A stretch of 64,000 nucleotides of DNA from Minisyncoccia bacterium (GTDB lineage Bacteria; Patescibacteriota; Minisyncoccia; Phycocordibacterales; UBA9973): positions 10,980-74,979 of the forward strand of contig JBBQGX010000001.1 in assembly GCA_038323465.1 (NCBI GenBank), in the 5' to 3' direction. A program made the translations under genes and the position numbers. The notes under the pieces were generated by a model. That model did not search any database and was not told where the DNA came from. It saw only the letters and a program-made list of their open reading frames with translations. Positions 36,978 through 46,399 of this stretch are shown here, in pieces; the stretch's first letter is position 1, and each line of letters opens with the position of its first letter.

Positions 36978-37955
36978 TTATTTAAGTGTTATACCGTAAC
37001 CCCCGAGTATTTTCTTGATCTCTTGGATTCCCTTATCACCAATACCATCGATTTCTAATAAATCTTCCTTTTTCTTGCGAGCGATACCTCCTATTGTGCG
37101 AATATTTGCACCAGTTAGAGCATTGAGTGTACGAGTAGAAAGATCTAGTGTATCAATACGAGTTTTTAAAATATCAGTAAATTCATTACCTTCTTCTTCT
37201 TTTTCCTCACCTTTTTCTTCAACAATTTTTTCTTCAATTTGACCAACGGTTGAAGTCTTCTTTATAACAGTAAAACCAACAATTGCTTGCAATTGCTCTA
37301 CCATTATAACAATGGCCTTTTCAAGAGCTTCACGAGGAGAAAGAGTTCCATCTGTTTCAATAGTCATACGCAAACGATTATGGTTTGTTTTATCACCAAC
37401 ACGCATATTTTCTACTTCATAAGCAACACGACGAATAGGAGTAAAGATAGCATCAACTGAAATAACACCAACTTCATTCTTTTCTTTTTGGTGAACATCT
37501 TTAGAAACAAAACCTAGACCTTTCTGAATAGTCATTTCAATATTTAAAGAGTTTTTTGTTGTAACCTCAGCAATATATAAATCTTTATTCAAAACTTCAA
37601 CTTGACCACTAAGTTCAATATCAGAAGCTGTAACAATTTTTGGCCCTTTAACAGAAAGCTTAATAGTCTGAGGCTCATCTGTTAATAAACGGAAACGAAC
37701 CTGCTTCAAATGAAGCAGAATAGTTATAACATCTTCTTTAACTCCATCTAAAACTGTAAACTCATGATCTGCTCCTTCAATTTTAAGTGAAGTGATAGCT
37801 GAACCTGATAGCGAAGATAGAATTATACGTCTCAAAGAATTCCCTAGAGTGTGTCCATACCCGGGATAAAGACCATCGATTTCATAAACTCCCTTTGAGT
37901 CCACTTCTGAAACGATAGATAATTTAGATGGTAATATGATATTTAAATCAGACAT
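36978..37955 (-). CDS. rpoA: DNA-directed RNA polymerase subunit alpha
   Basis: The alpha-NTD dimerisation signature GYGHTLGNSLRRILLSSL and the alpha-CTD HhH are both present. Length 325 aa. Confidence 0.95.
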   Translation of the reverse strand: MSDLNIILPSKLSIVSEVDSKGVYEIDGLYPGYGHTLGNSLRRIILSSLSGSAITSLKIEGADHEFTVLDGVKEDVITILLHLKQVRFRLLTDEPQTIKLSVKGPKIVTASDIELSGQVEVLNKDLYIAEVTTKNSLNIEMTIQKGLGFVSKDVHQKEKNEVGVISVDAIFTPIRRVAYEVENMRVGDKTNHNRLRMTIETDGTLSPREALEKAIVIMVEQLQAIVGFTVIKKTSTVGQIEEKIVEEKGEEKEEEGNEFTDILKTRIDTLDLSTRTLNALTGANIRTIGGIARKKKEDLLEIDGIGDKGIQEIKKILGGYGITLK

Positions 37956-38022
37956 ATTATGTGCACGAGCAAGCTCGTAATAAATTATTTTATAAAAAAT
38001 TCACCATATGGCTCGTAATAAA

Positions 38023-38631
38023 TTAACGACTATAAAATTCAAGCACAGTGTTTAAATCTAAGAATCCTTCAATATTTTTAGGTTTTCCAGCAACTTTTCC
38101 CGTGAGAGTTTCAGCATTAAATGTTAACCAGTTTGGACAAGTATATTCTTTCATCTTCTTTACCATATCTGCAAACATGACACTCTTTTGACTACCAAGA
38201 CGAACTATGATCACATCACCAATCTGTACACGTTGCGAAGCAACAGTAGTCTTTTTACCATTAACAGTGATATGCCCATGAGATACCATTTGACGGGATA
38301 ATCTACGAGTATGAGCTAGTCCTAATCTATAAGTTACATTATCAAGTCTTGTTTCAAGTAGTTCAAACAAATATTCAGTAGCAGGGACTCCCTTGTGAGC
38401 AACGGCTTCTTTGACATAATTTGAAAATTGCTTTTCACTGATATTATACATGAAGCGAACTTTTTGCTTCTCTACAAACTGAAGAGCATAACCTGAAAGA
38501 GGTTTTGGACGTTTATTTTTTGAATTCTTTGCGTGACGAGCTTCAGATGCAGCAAATTTAGGTGTTTGACATTTTTCAAACACACCAGCTCCTAACCTTC
38601 TTCCAATTTTATACTTTTTAACTTTTTTCAT
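38023..38631 (-). CDS. rpsD: 30S ribosomal protein S4
   Basis: S4 N-terminal region plus the S4 RNA-binding domain (LDNVTYRLGLAHTRRLSRQMVSHGHITVNGK). Located in the alpha operon. Confidence 0.9.
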   Translation of the reverse strand: MKKVKKYKIGRRLGAGVFEKCQTPKFAASEARHAKNSKNKRPKPLSGYALQFVEKQKVRFMYNISEKQFSNYVKEAVAHKGVPATEYLFELLETRLDNVTYRLGLAHTRRLSRQMVSHGHITVNGKKTTVASQRVQIGDVIIVRLGSQKSVMFADMVKKMKEYTCPNWLTFNAETLTGKVAGKPKNIEGFLDLNTVLEFYSR

Positions 38632-38678
38632 TTGATTTTTTTTGGTTTTCTAATTAGTAATCATTAATTAATAATTAA

Positions 38679-39128
38679 TTATACTCTTCGTGGCTTCTTT
38701 GGCTTTGGACCATTGTGAGGAACAGGAGTCATATCACGAACAGTGGAAATATCTATATCATAAGCCATAAATGCACGGATTGTTGGTTCACGCCCTGAGC
38801 CAACACCCTTAACTTTAACATCAACTTCTTTGATGCCGAGAGCTTTGGCTTTTTCACCAATAACGGCGCCAGCTTTCGAAGCAGCAAAAGGTGTTCCCTT
38901 TTTAGCTCCTTTAAAACCAAGAGACCCAGCTGAAGTCCAAAATAAAGTATTTCCTTCTTTATCAGAAAGAACAACTTTTGTATTATTAAAAGTAGCCTCT
39001 ATATGAAGTGTCCCTGCCACAACTTTCTTTTTTGGAACTTTTATTGAGACTTTTGGTGTTTCAACTACTGAAACATCAATTTCAGCTTTTTTCTCTTCTT
39101 CTTTATTTATAACTTTAATCTTTCCCAT
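38679..39128 (-). CDS. rpsK: 30S ribosomal protein S11
   Basis: S11 core HIEATFNNTKVVLSD ... VKGVGSGRE and the C-terminal PVPHNGPKPKKPRRV. It has a K-rich N-terminal extension. Confidence 0.9.
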   Translation of the reverse strand: MGKIKVINKEEEKKAEIDVSVVETPKVSIKVPKKKVVAGTLHIEATFNNTKVVLSDKEGNTLFWTSAGSLGFKGAKKGTPFAASKAGAVIGEKAKALGIKEVDVKVKGVGSGREPTIRAFMAYDIDISTVRDMTPVPHNGPKPKKPRRV

Positions 39129-39206
39129 ATTTTTTTAATTTAGTTTTTGATTTTTGGTGTTAGTTAATACTTTTTTAGATACTCCTTAAAAGAAGACAAT
39201 CATTTA

Positions 39207-39587
39207 CTAAGTTTTACTTTCTTTTCGGCGACCTGATGCCATCGTCTTACGTACATTACCTCGAACTGTTCTAGAATTTGTTTTTGTGCGTTGACCATTA
39301 ACTGGTAATCTACGCATATGTCTGACTCCTCTATATGCCTTAATATCTTTTAGTCTTTTTACATTGGAAGCAATTTCGCGTTTTAATGCTCCTTCAATTG
39401 ACATTGTTTCAATTACTTTACGGATTGCATTCTCTTCATCTACGGTTAAAGTATCAGCCTTACGAATGACACTAATACCAACTTCTTTTAAAATTTTACG
39501 AGAACGAGAAAGACCAATTCCAAAAAGGGCAGTAAGTCCAACGTCTAAATGTTTATTATTAGGGATTGTTATACCAAGAATTCTCAT
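39207..39587 (-). CDS. rpsM: 30S ribosomal protein S13
   Basis: The sequence MRILGITIPNNKHLDVGLTALFGIGLSRSRKIL is typical of S13, and it has a basic C-terminus. Confidence 0.9.
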   Translation of the reverse strand: MRILGITIPNNKHLDVGLTALFGIGLSRSRKILKEVGISVIRKADTLTVDEENAIRKVIETMSIEGALKREIASNVKRLKDIKAYRGVRHMRRLPVNGQRTKTNSRTVRGNVRKTMASGRRKESKT

Positions 39588-39592
39588 ATAAA

Positions 39593-39703
39593 TTATTGTT
39601 TTTGTTTATGCTTAGGATTAGTACAAATAACACGGAGATGACCTTCTCGTTTTACCATCTTACACTTTGCGCATATTTTTTTAACTGCTGATTTGATTTT
39701 CAT
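39593..39703 (-). CDS. rpmJ: 50S ribosomal protein L36 (36 aa; missing from the ORF track because it is short)
   Basis: The reverse-strand translation is [36 protein letters not shown]. It carries the C-x2-C-x12-C-x4-H zinc ribbon of L36 and lies between infA and rpsM as expected. Confidence 0.8.
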   Translation of the reverse strand: MKIKSAVKKICAKCKMVKREGHLRVICTNPKHKQKQ

Positions 39704-39812
39704 AATATATCATTATAAACCGAAATAAAAATAGAGGGCCAACAACCCAGTATTTAAATTCAAGCGGTATCGAGTTATACTACACTATTTAAATAAAAAT
39801 GCAAGTAGACTA

Positions 39813-40028
39813 TTAACTTCTTTTAATAATTCTACCTTTACCACCATATGGATCAATCAAAACTTCAACTCTATCTCCCAACAAAACCTTTATACGATGC
39901 ATCCTCATTTTTCCAGACAAATAACTTAGGATAATTTTGCCATCTCCTATATCAACTCTGAAAAGTGTATTGGGAAGAGCTTCAGTAACTATTCCATTTT
40001 TTGTATTTTTGTCGTCTTTTTGATTCAT
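39813..40028 (-). CDS. infA: Translation initiation factor IF-1
   Basis: S1-like OB fold with TEALPNTLFRVDIGDGKIILSYLSGKMRMHRIKVLLGDRVEVLIDPYGGKGRI. Confidence 0.9.
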   Translation of the reverse strand: MNQKDDKNTKNGIVTEALPNTLFRVDIGDGKIILSYLSGKMRMHRIKVLLGDRVEVLIDPYGGKGRIIKRS

Positions 40029-40054
40029 TTATGTATTAACATCATAACAAAAAT

Positions 40055-41479
40055 TTAATTTTTCGTCAAATCTTTTAAAATAATATTTATATTTTTAGGT
40101 ACAGATGGCAATAACGATGACCAAAATGGAATAATAGAGACCTTAGCAGATGATATTCCAGGGTCATTTTTAAATATTAGAGCAACACTATTCTTGTTTT
40201 TACCTGCGAGTGAATCTTTTAATTCTAAAATATTTGGTACCCAATGCATAGAAATACTGCCAGTGAGATTAAAATCAAAAGTTTCTATTTCTTTACTAAT
40301 AGACTGATCTTTATTTATAAAATTAAAAGTGAGCCCGGAAAGATTTGGTTTTTCTATCTCAGATCTTTCTTTGTCTCCTATATCTGGTAATAATTTACTA
40401 ATAATTGAATCTGATAGTGAACTTTCTTTTAATAAATAGGCATAGAGTGTTGTATTAATTTCTACTCTAGTATTAGGATTCTTGGATGTTATATTTTGAC
40501 CAAAATCATATAAATATCTGACAGCGTTTGGATATAATATATATCCTCCTGGAACTTGAGCATTTAGTTTCCGTAAAAGTTTATCTGAAAGAGAAGATAA
40601 ATTTGTTGATTGTAAATCAGCCTTTCCTTTTTCATCCATCAGATATACCAATCCAACCATACCACCCGAGAGAGGAGTTTTCAATTTACCATATATTTTA
40701 TCATACTTAGTTGTATTTTTAAAAGCTGTAATATAAAAACTTGAAGGTGATCCATTATATGCCTCACCTGGCAAAAATGCAGTTATACCAACATTTGCTT
40801 GACCCGGAATAGTTTTTGTTTTGTCAATTTTGTCTTGCAAAAAGGCAGGAATCATAACTATTTCATTAGTTTTATAAGTTTTTCCTTTTTCATCTGAGAC
40901 AAAGGAACCAGCCGCTATTTTTTGCACTGTTTTACTAAATTCATTATATAGAGTTATCTCTCCTTTTGCTTTTTCTTTCACATCCTGAGATGATGTTAAG
41001 ACTATATCTTTATATTCCTTATCCGAAACAATCATTAATTCAAAAGGAATATTATTTTTATTTTTTGAAGCTGAAAAGACTTGGTTTTTAAGTTCAAAAA
41101 CCTTATTTTTAGGTATAATTGTAATCTTTGCACTCAAAAGAAAAGTAGAAAATAAATATACCATACCAATAATCAAAGAAAGAAATAATATATAAAAAAA
41201 TTTATAATTAAAATAGTTCCTACTATTGGGAAGTTGCGGAGTTTGAGAAATCCTAGCTGAAGAATGCGTTATTTTTTTCTTATTTAAAAAATCATACTTC
41301 GATGACTCAAATGAAGACCTGGGTTCTATTTGACGAGAATTTAAACCTTCGTCAGAATTATTGTAAAGGTTTTCAATAATAACATCTTCAATGTGTTTTT
41401 TGTTTACTTTGTTATTTGTATTAAATTTTACATCTTCAATTATTCTTCTATTCATATAGTTCCATTTTTCTTGTAACAC
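40055..41479 (-). CDS. Hypothetical bitopic membrane protein (about 90-aa cytoplasmic N-terminus, one TM helix, large extracytoplasmic domain)
   Basis: Single strong TM helix (FFYILFLSLIIGMVYLFSTFLLSA). No recognisable motifs. It overlaps the 3' end of the upstream actin-like ATPase gene by 32 nt. Confidence 0.55.
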   Translation of the reverse strand: MLQEKWNYMNRRIIEDVKFNTNNKVNKKHIEDVIIENLYNNSDEGLNSRQIEPRSSFESSKYDFLNKKKITHSSARISQTPQLPNSRNYFNYKFFYILFLSLIIGMVYLFSTFLLSAKITIIPKNKVFELKNQVFSASKNKNNIPFELMIVSDKEYKDIVLTSSQDVKEKAKGEITLYNEFSKTVQKIAAGSFVSDEKGKTYKTNEIVMIPAFLQDKIDKTKTIPGQANVGITAFLPGEAYNGSPSSFYITAFKNTTKYDKIYGKLKTPLSGGMVGLVYLMDEKGKADLQSTNLSSLSDKLLRKLNAQVPGGYILYPNAVRYLYDFGQNITSKNPNTRVEINTTLYAYLLKESSLSDSIISKLLPDIGDKERSEIEKPNLSGLTFNFINKDQSISKEIETFDFNLTGSISMHWVPNILELKDSLAGKNKNSVALIFKNDPGISSAKVSIIPFWSSLLPSVPKNINIILKDLTKN

Positions 41480-42629
41480 TTATAGATTCTATCATTAGGA
41501 ATGGATCACAAGGACTATTTTTAATATTACACAGACTAAGTAATTCTGATCCTTCAATGGCAACTAATGTAAATTTTTTATTGGGTACCATTGATTGTAT
41601 ATATTCTTCGTTATTTATCAATTCAATAAACCAATCTTTTACGTCTTCATCTATTGTTAAAAATATTACATTAGGAAGAGTCAGTATACGAGGAAGAGTA
41701 TTAATACATTCTCTAAATGATTTCCCCCAAGATTTTTTTATGACTTCTAGGATAGGAAGGAGCTTACTCTCTTCTTTTTGTGATAAAGTCTTATTTCGGT
41801 AAAGATTAAATAATTCATAAGCATCCCTTAGCTCTATGTTCATCTTTTTACAAATTTCTCTAAAAAAAGTCTTTCTACCATAAGGAAACGAAAGCGAGTC
41901 TTTTAGCACACCTTTTGTTATAATTCCAATATCAGTTACCTCACCACCGATATCCAGGATTAGATACGAATCATGATCCATATATCTATCCCGAACCGCA
42001 ACAAAAGAAGAAACCATAAATGAAGAAAATGAAATCGGAGTATGATGAAAATTTTTAGAAATTGTTTCTTTTATTTTATCTAAAAATAACTTTGGAGATA
42101 AAGATATGACCATATTCATTTCAATTGATCGAGTACGTTTACCAAGCGGATCATCAACACGATAACCATTCAGGGATACCCCAACTATAGGATGTTCTAT
42201 GCCCTCTGGAGTACTTTCAACATCTTCGTATTTATTTTTATAAATTTCATTAAGCGAAGAAATTTCCTTCTCCAATAGTTCATCAACTATTCTTTTTGTA
42301 AAAACAAAAGAACGCTCTTTGGACATCTTTATAAGTCTAGTTTCAGAAATATACCAAGGTGAAGCAAGTACACAGACTATCTCATCCGGTGCACCAAGTT
42401 TACTTTGATATATAGATGACGAAGTAAAACCAAGAGCAAGAATCATATCTTTCATAAAAATATTGAAATCGAGTTCTGATCTATCTACAATATCTGTCCG
42501 AGTTGATTTTATAATCATAGGTAAATTTTTATCATCAGATGAAATTTTTACAAGTGCTCCCCCAACACTTCCAGAGCCTATATCAAATATAGCTACAAGT
42601 TTTTCTTTTTTTGATGAAAATAATCCCAT
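41448..42629 (-). CDS. Actin-fold (ASKHA) ATPase of the FtsA/PilM family
   Basis: Phosphate-1 motif AIFDIGSGSVGGALV. A second nucleotide-binding motif LILDIGGEVTDIGII. Length 393 aa. No ftsZ gene follows it. Confidence 0.6.
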   Translation of the reverse strand: MGLFSSKKEKLVAIFDIGSGSVGGALVKISSDDKNLPMIIKSTRTDIVDRSELDFNIFMKDMILALGFTSSSIYQSKLGAPDEIVCVLASPWYISETRLIKMSKERSFVFTKRIVDELLEKEISSLNEIYKNKYEDVESTPEGIEHPIVGVSLNGYRVDDPLGKRTRSIEMNMVISLSPKLFLDKIKETISKNFHHTPISFSSFMVSSFVAVRDRYMDHDSYLILDIGGEVTDIGIITKGVLKDSLSFPYGRKTFFREICKKMNIELRDAYELFNLYRNKTLSQKEESKLLPILEVIKKSWGKSFRECINTLPRILTLPNVIFLTIDEDVKDWFIELINNEEYIQSMVPNKKFTLVAIEGSELLSLCNIKNSPCDPFLMIESISVTRKMELYE

Positions 42630-42681
42630 ATAGATATATTATACTATAAAAAAAGAAAAAAGCATCGGTTTTAAACAAAAA

Positions 42682-42715
42682 AAGAAGCGTTATCATTTTC
42701 ATGACAACGCTTCTT
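42682..42715 (-). terminator. Intrinsic terminator downstream of the lipoprotein gene
   Basis: 10-bp stem aagaagcgtt/aacgcttctt followed by seven Ts on the minus strand. Confidence 0.5.
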
Positions 42716-42746
42716 ACATATTTTAGCTCATGATTTATTTCATTTG

Positions 42747-43718
42747 CTATTTTTTTATACGAAACAAGGAAATATCTCCTTCGATTCCATATATCTCACT
42801 TTCGTACCATTTGCATCCATCATCCCCACAAATCACAACATACGCAATATCAAACGGAGCATCATAATTTACTTCTGAAGAAGTATTATTCATTGATACA
42901 CGATAACTTATGCATAATTCAAGTCCAGTTTCTGGGTCAATTCCAACAAGATTAACAGTTTGAGCACCTTGTAGTAAAATTGTTGGAATTTTTACTTTAG
43001 CAACTGTATTCTCTGGTTTTATTTCATACTTTAAATATAAAACGGTAGACCCAAAAAAATCAATTGGACCAGTAGTGTATTCTTTACGGAAATCAGCACC
43101 ATCGTCTTGTGTGACCAATAGTTCCCAATGTCCACCAGATAATGGAGCGAGTTTAACTATTCCGTTAAAACCGTTCCCAAGGTATGAAATTGGTGAAATA
43201 GTTTTATCATCAAACATAAATAAATAATTAACATTTATTATGTAATTACTATTTCTAAAACTAAAATACCTAGCATAAGGACAGGCAAATTCAATTTCAA
43301 TAGAATATACATCTGGATTAATTTTTCCATCTACAATTGGGTACTTCTGATCAGCAGTCAAGTATTCCTTGCGTGCTCCATTTAGTAACTCATAATAGAC
43401 AACAGGGCGAACAAATATTCTTTCGTTTAGATTATTCGTATAAACGAAACAAGAACTAGTATCAGCTGAGATAATTCTCACTGATAAGCTCTTATCTTCA
43501 AGAGCTCCTGACTTAAGGCCTAAACGAGCAGTTAAAATTTCAGACCTAGTCGGAACTTTGAACGCCAGTGCTTGAATTTTATAAGCAATGGTGTCGATGA
43601 ATGTCTTATCCACAACATTAGTGGTTTCAGGTACTAGAAATACTTCATTTTTTTCGCATGAGCTAATAGCTACAAATGCAAATACAACAAATGCTAAAAC
43701 AAAAAAATTTCTTAACAT
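42747..43718 (-). CDS. Hypothetical lipoprotein
   Basis: Signal peptide with a lipobox (AISSC). No conserved domain is recognisable. Confidence 0.6.
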   Translation of the reverse strand: MLRNFFVLAFVVFAFVAISSCEKNEVFLVPETTNVVDKTFIDTIAYKIQALAFKVPTRSEILTARLGLKSGALEDKSLSVRIISADTSSCFVYTNNLNERIFVRPVVYYELLNGARKEYLTADQKYPIVDGKINPDVYSIEIEFACPYARYFSFRNSNYIINVNYLFMFDDKTISPISYLGNGFNGIVKLAPLSGGHWELLVTQDDGADFRKEYTTGPIDFFGSTVLYLKYEIKPENTVAKVKIPTILLQGAQTVNLVGIDPETGLELCISYRVSMNNTSSEVNYDAPFDIAYVVICGDDGCKWYESEIYGIEGDISLFRIKK

Positions 43719-43968
43719 AACTTAGTATTTTTTGCAATTCTTATGATTCTCTAATAATAAATAAGATCAGATGGTTTCTCGCTTCATGTTTTATCATGTT
43801 TTTAGCTTTACCTACTATGAGATTTAATATTTAATTATTTAAATTTTCAGTGAGAATTACAGGTGAATGAATATATTAATTTTCAAATTTATTTCTTTAA
43901 GTATAGCATATTATAAAGCTAAAGTCAATAGCTATATTGACTTATATTCTAAACGTTTTATTACTAAA

Positions 43969-44008
43969 AATCTCCCCTAGTCTCCCCTAGTACGGTCATA
44001 GGGGAGAC
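43969..44008 (-). terminator. Terminator region downstream of alaS, carrying a tandem TCTCCCCTAG repeat
   Basis: Hairpin gtctccccta-(9)-taggggagac. An extra upstream direct copy of tctcccctag allows an alternative hairpin that is followed directly by a T-run on the minus strand. Confidence 0.5.
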
Positions 44009-44030
44009 TTTTGTAAATAAATATATAGTT

Positions 44031-45803
44031 TTATTCCAATACCGCCTTTATACGGCGAATTCCAGCAGAGCTAGCTTCTTCTTTTTGAATCTTGAAATGC
44101 TTGGGAGACCCATTGGGATTAGCCGAGAGTTCACTTGTATTAGAAACATGGGGTCCTCCACAGAATTCCTTTGATATAGCATTCCCTTCTTCATCTTCTA
44201 CAAAATATATAGATACTATCTCTGGATATTTTGCTCCGAATTCCATTTGTGCACCAATTTTCTCTGCTTCAGCTAAAGGCATCTCTTTTCGAACAACATT
44301 CAATCCCCTATTTATTTTACCATTAACCCAATCTTCTACATTTTTCTTTTCTTCTTCTGTAAGCTTATGATCACAGATAAAGTCCATGCGTAAACGCTCT
44401 TCTGTAATATTACTTCCCTTTTGTTTTATATCTCCTGATACTATTGCTTGTAGTCCTGCAAGTAGCAAGTGGTGCGCTGTATGAAGCTTAATAGTCTCAC
44501 CGCTGTGATTTGCAAGTCCACCCTTGAACATTCCAACCGATGCAGTTTGAGAAAGCAAAACATGCTCTTTCATTTTTTCATTAAAATCTTTTATATTTAT
44601 TTCTATTCCTTTTTCTTTTGCAAGTTCCTCTGTAAGCTCTATAGGAAATCCATAAGAAGTAAAAAGAATAAATGGATCAGTCCCTTTTTCAAATTCTTTT
44701 AGTCCATTTGTAAGAGTCTGACGGAATTTATCTTCTTCTTTTTTAATTTCTTCTTTTATTAGATTTTTATTTTTCTCTAATTCGGGGTAAGCCTTTTTAT
44801 AATTACTAATTACAATATCAGCAAGTATATTTAAAAAACCAGTATGAAGACCAAGTTTATCAGAAAATCTAACAACTCTACGTATAATTCTTCTCAATAC
44901 ATATTCTCTACTAGTATTCCCCGGTATCACTCCATCTCCAATCATAAATACTGCTGATCTTAAGTGGTCAGCTATAATTCTCTCGATTCTTTCATCTGAA
45001 ATATTGGAATTCTCTTTTATTTTATTTAAAATTGGTAGAAATAGATCCGTATCAAACACAGTATTTACACCTTGCTTAACCATTGTGATTCTTTCAAGAC
45101 CCATACCTGTATCAACGTTGTGCTGTGTAAGTTTACCAATTACTTTCCCTTCTTTCTTTTCATATTGCATGAAAACATTGTTCCAGATTTCAATAACTCT
45201 GCCATCATCATCAGCTTTAACAAATTCATCGTGGGTTAAATCGCCAAGGGCAATATCATTGGTATCATAAAATATTTCCGTGTCAGGACCACATGGACCA
45301 TTGTCCCCCGCTTGCCACCAATTATTTTTGGCTGGCAAAAAGTAAATACGATTCTCTGGTAGATATTTCTTCCACAAATCTGCTGCTTCTGTATCACGTG
45401 GTGCATTATCGTCTCCTTCAAAAACTGTCACATAAATTCTTTCTTTATCTAGTCCGAGTCCTGTTTCTTTATTTGTAAGAAATTCAAAACTCCAATCAAT
45501 AGCTTCAGGTTTAAAATAATCCTCGAGTGACCAGTTCCCAAGCATTTCAAAAAAAGTAAGGTGTCTATTGTCACCAACCTCATCTATATCTCCTGTTCTG
45601 ACACACTTTTGAGCATCTACCAAGCGTGTTCCCATAGGATGCTTTTGTCCAAGTAAATACGGCACAAGTTGTTGCATGCCGGCAGTATTAAAAAGAACCG
45701 AAGGATCATTCTCTGGTATAAGTGAAGCAGAAGGGATTATCTTGTGTCCCCTTTGCTCAAAAAATTTAAGGAATTTGGTACGTATTTCATTTGATGTCAT
45801 CAT
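44031..45803 (-). CDS. alaS: Alanyl-tRNA synthetase, short form (catalytic plus editing domains, no C-Ala domain)
   Basis: AlaRS class II N-terminus (FNTAGMQQ, WGPPQNS-like). Editing-domain zinc motifs HTAHHLL and CGGPHV. At 590 aa it is shorter than the ~870-aa canonical form. Confidence 0.85.
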   Translation of the reverse strand: MMTSNEIRTKFLKFFEQRGHKIIPSASLIPENDPSVLFNTAGMQQLVPYLLGQKHPMGTRLVDAQKCVRTGDIDEVGDNRHLTFFEMLGNWSLEDYFKPEAIDWSFEFLTNKETGLGLDKERIYVTVFEGDDNAPRDTEAADLWKKYLPENRIYFLPAKNNWWQAGDNGPCGPDTEIFYDTNDIALGDLTHDEFVKADDDGRVIEIWNNVFMQYEKKEGKVIGKLTQHNVDTGMGLERITMVKQGVNTVFDTDLFLPILNKIKENSNISDERIERIIADHLRSAVFMIGDGVIPGNTSREYVLRRIIRRVVRFSDKLGLHTGFLNILADIVISNYKKAYPELEKNKNLIKEEIKKEEDKFRQTLTNGLKEFEKGTDPFILFTSYGFPIELTEELAKEKGIEINIKDFNEKMKEHVLLSQTASVGMFKGGLANHSGETIKLHTAHHLLLAGLQAIVSGDIKQKGSNITEERLRMDFICDHKLTEEEKKNVEDWVNGKINRGLNVVRKEMPLAEAEKIGAQMEFGAKYPEIVSIYFVEDEEGNAISKEFCGGPHVSNTSELSANPNGSPKHFKIQKEEASSAGIRRIKAVLE

Positions 45804-45889
45804 ATACCCTTATATTATACTAAAAACGATAAACAGAAAAGCCCTCCGAAATATACTGGATGGCTTTTCTTAAAAAGAATTTTATGTAA

Positions 45890-46399
45890 TTAATTTATTA
45901 TTTCAATAATATCTTCTTTATAAAATCGACTTCTCTTAATCCTTTGTTCAACAAACCATAAAAATATAAAAATAAAAAGTGTTAAGACCGTTGCAATAAT
46001 CGCAATATTAAATAATCCTAACCCTGAAGACATTCCAATTCCAGCAGCAACCCAAAGACCAGTAGCTGAAGTCAATCCAACCGATTTAGAATCTTTTGTA
46101 AATATCAAACCAGCTCCAATAAACCCAACACCAACGACAATCTGCGCTACAATCATCAAAGGATTCATCCCTGAGAAATTAGAATACATTTTAACCATCT
46201 CATTTGAAACAATAACAAATAAAGCAGAACCCATAGATACAAGTGCATAAGTACGCATGCCTGCTGTCTTGTGTGCCCAAACACGCTCAGTCCCAATAAC
46301 CATTCCTAATAATAATGCTACAAAAAGACGTAATACAATTTCTAATGTAGCAGGATCTATAATATTTTGCATATTTATATTATAGTACAATTCCACCAC
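45890..46399 (-). CDS. mgtC: MgtC/SapB family membrane protein
   Basis: MgtC signature GMVIGTERVWAHKTAGMRTYALVSMGSALF with 4-5 TM helices. Confidence 0.8.
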   Translation of the reverse strand: MVELYYNINMQNIIDPATLEIVLRLFVALLLGMVIGTERVWAHKTAGMRTYALVSMGSALFVIVSNEMVKMYSNFSGMNPLMIVAQIVVGVGFIGAGLIFTKDSKSVGLTSATGLWVAAGIGMSSGLGLFNIAIIATVLTLFIFIFLWFVEQRIKRSRFYKEDIIEIIN

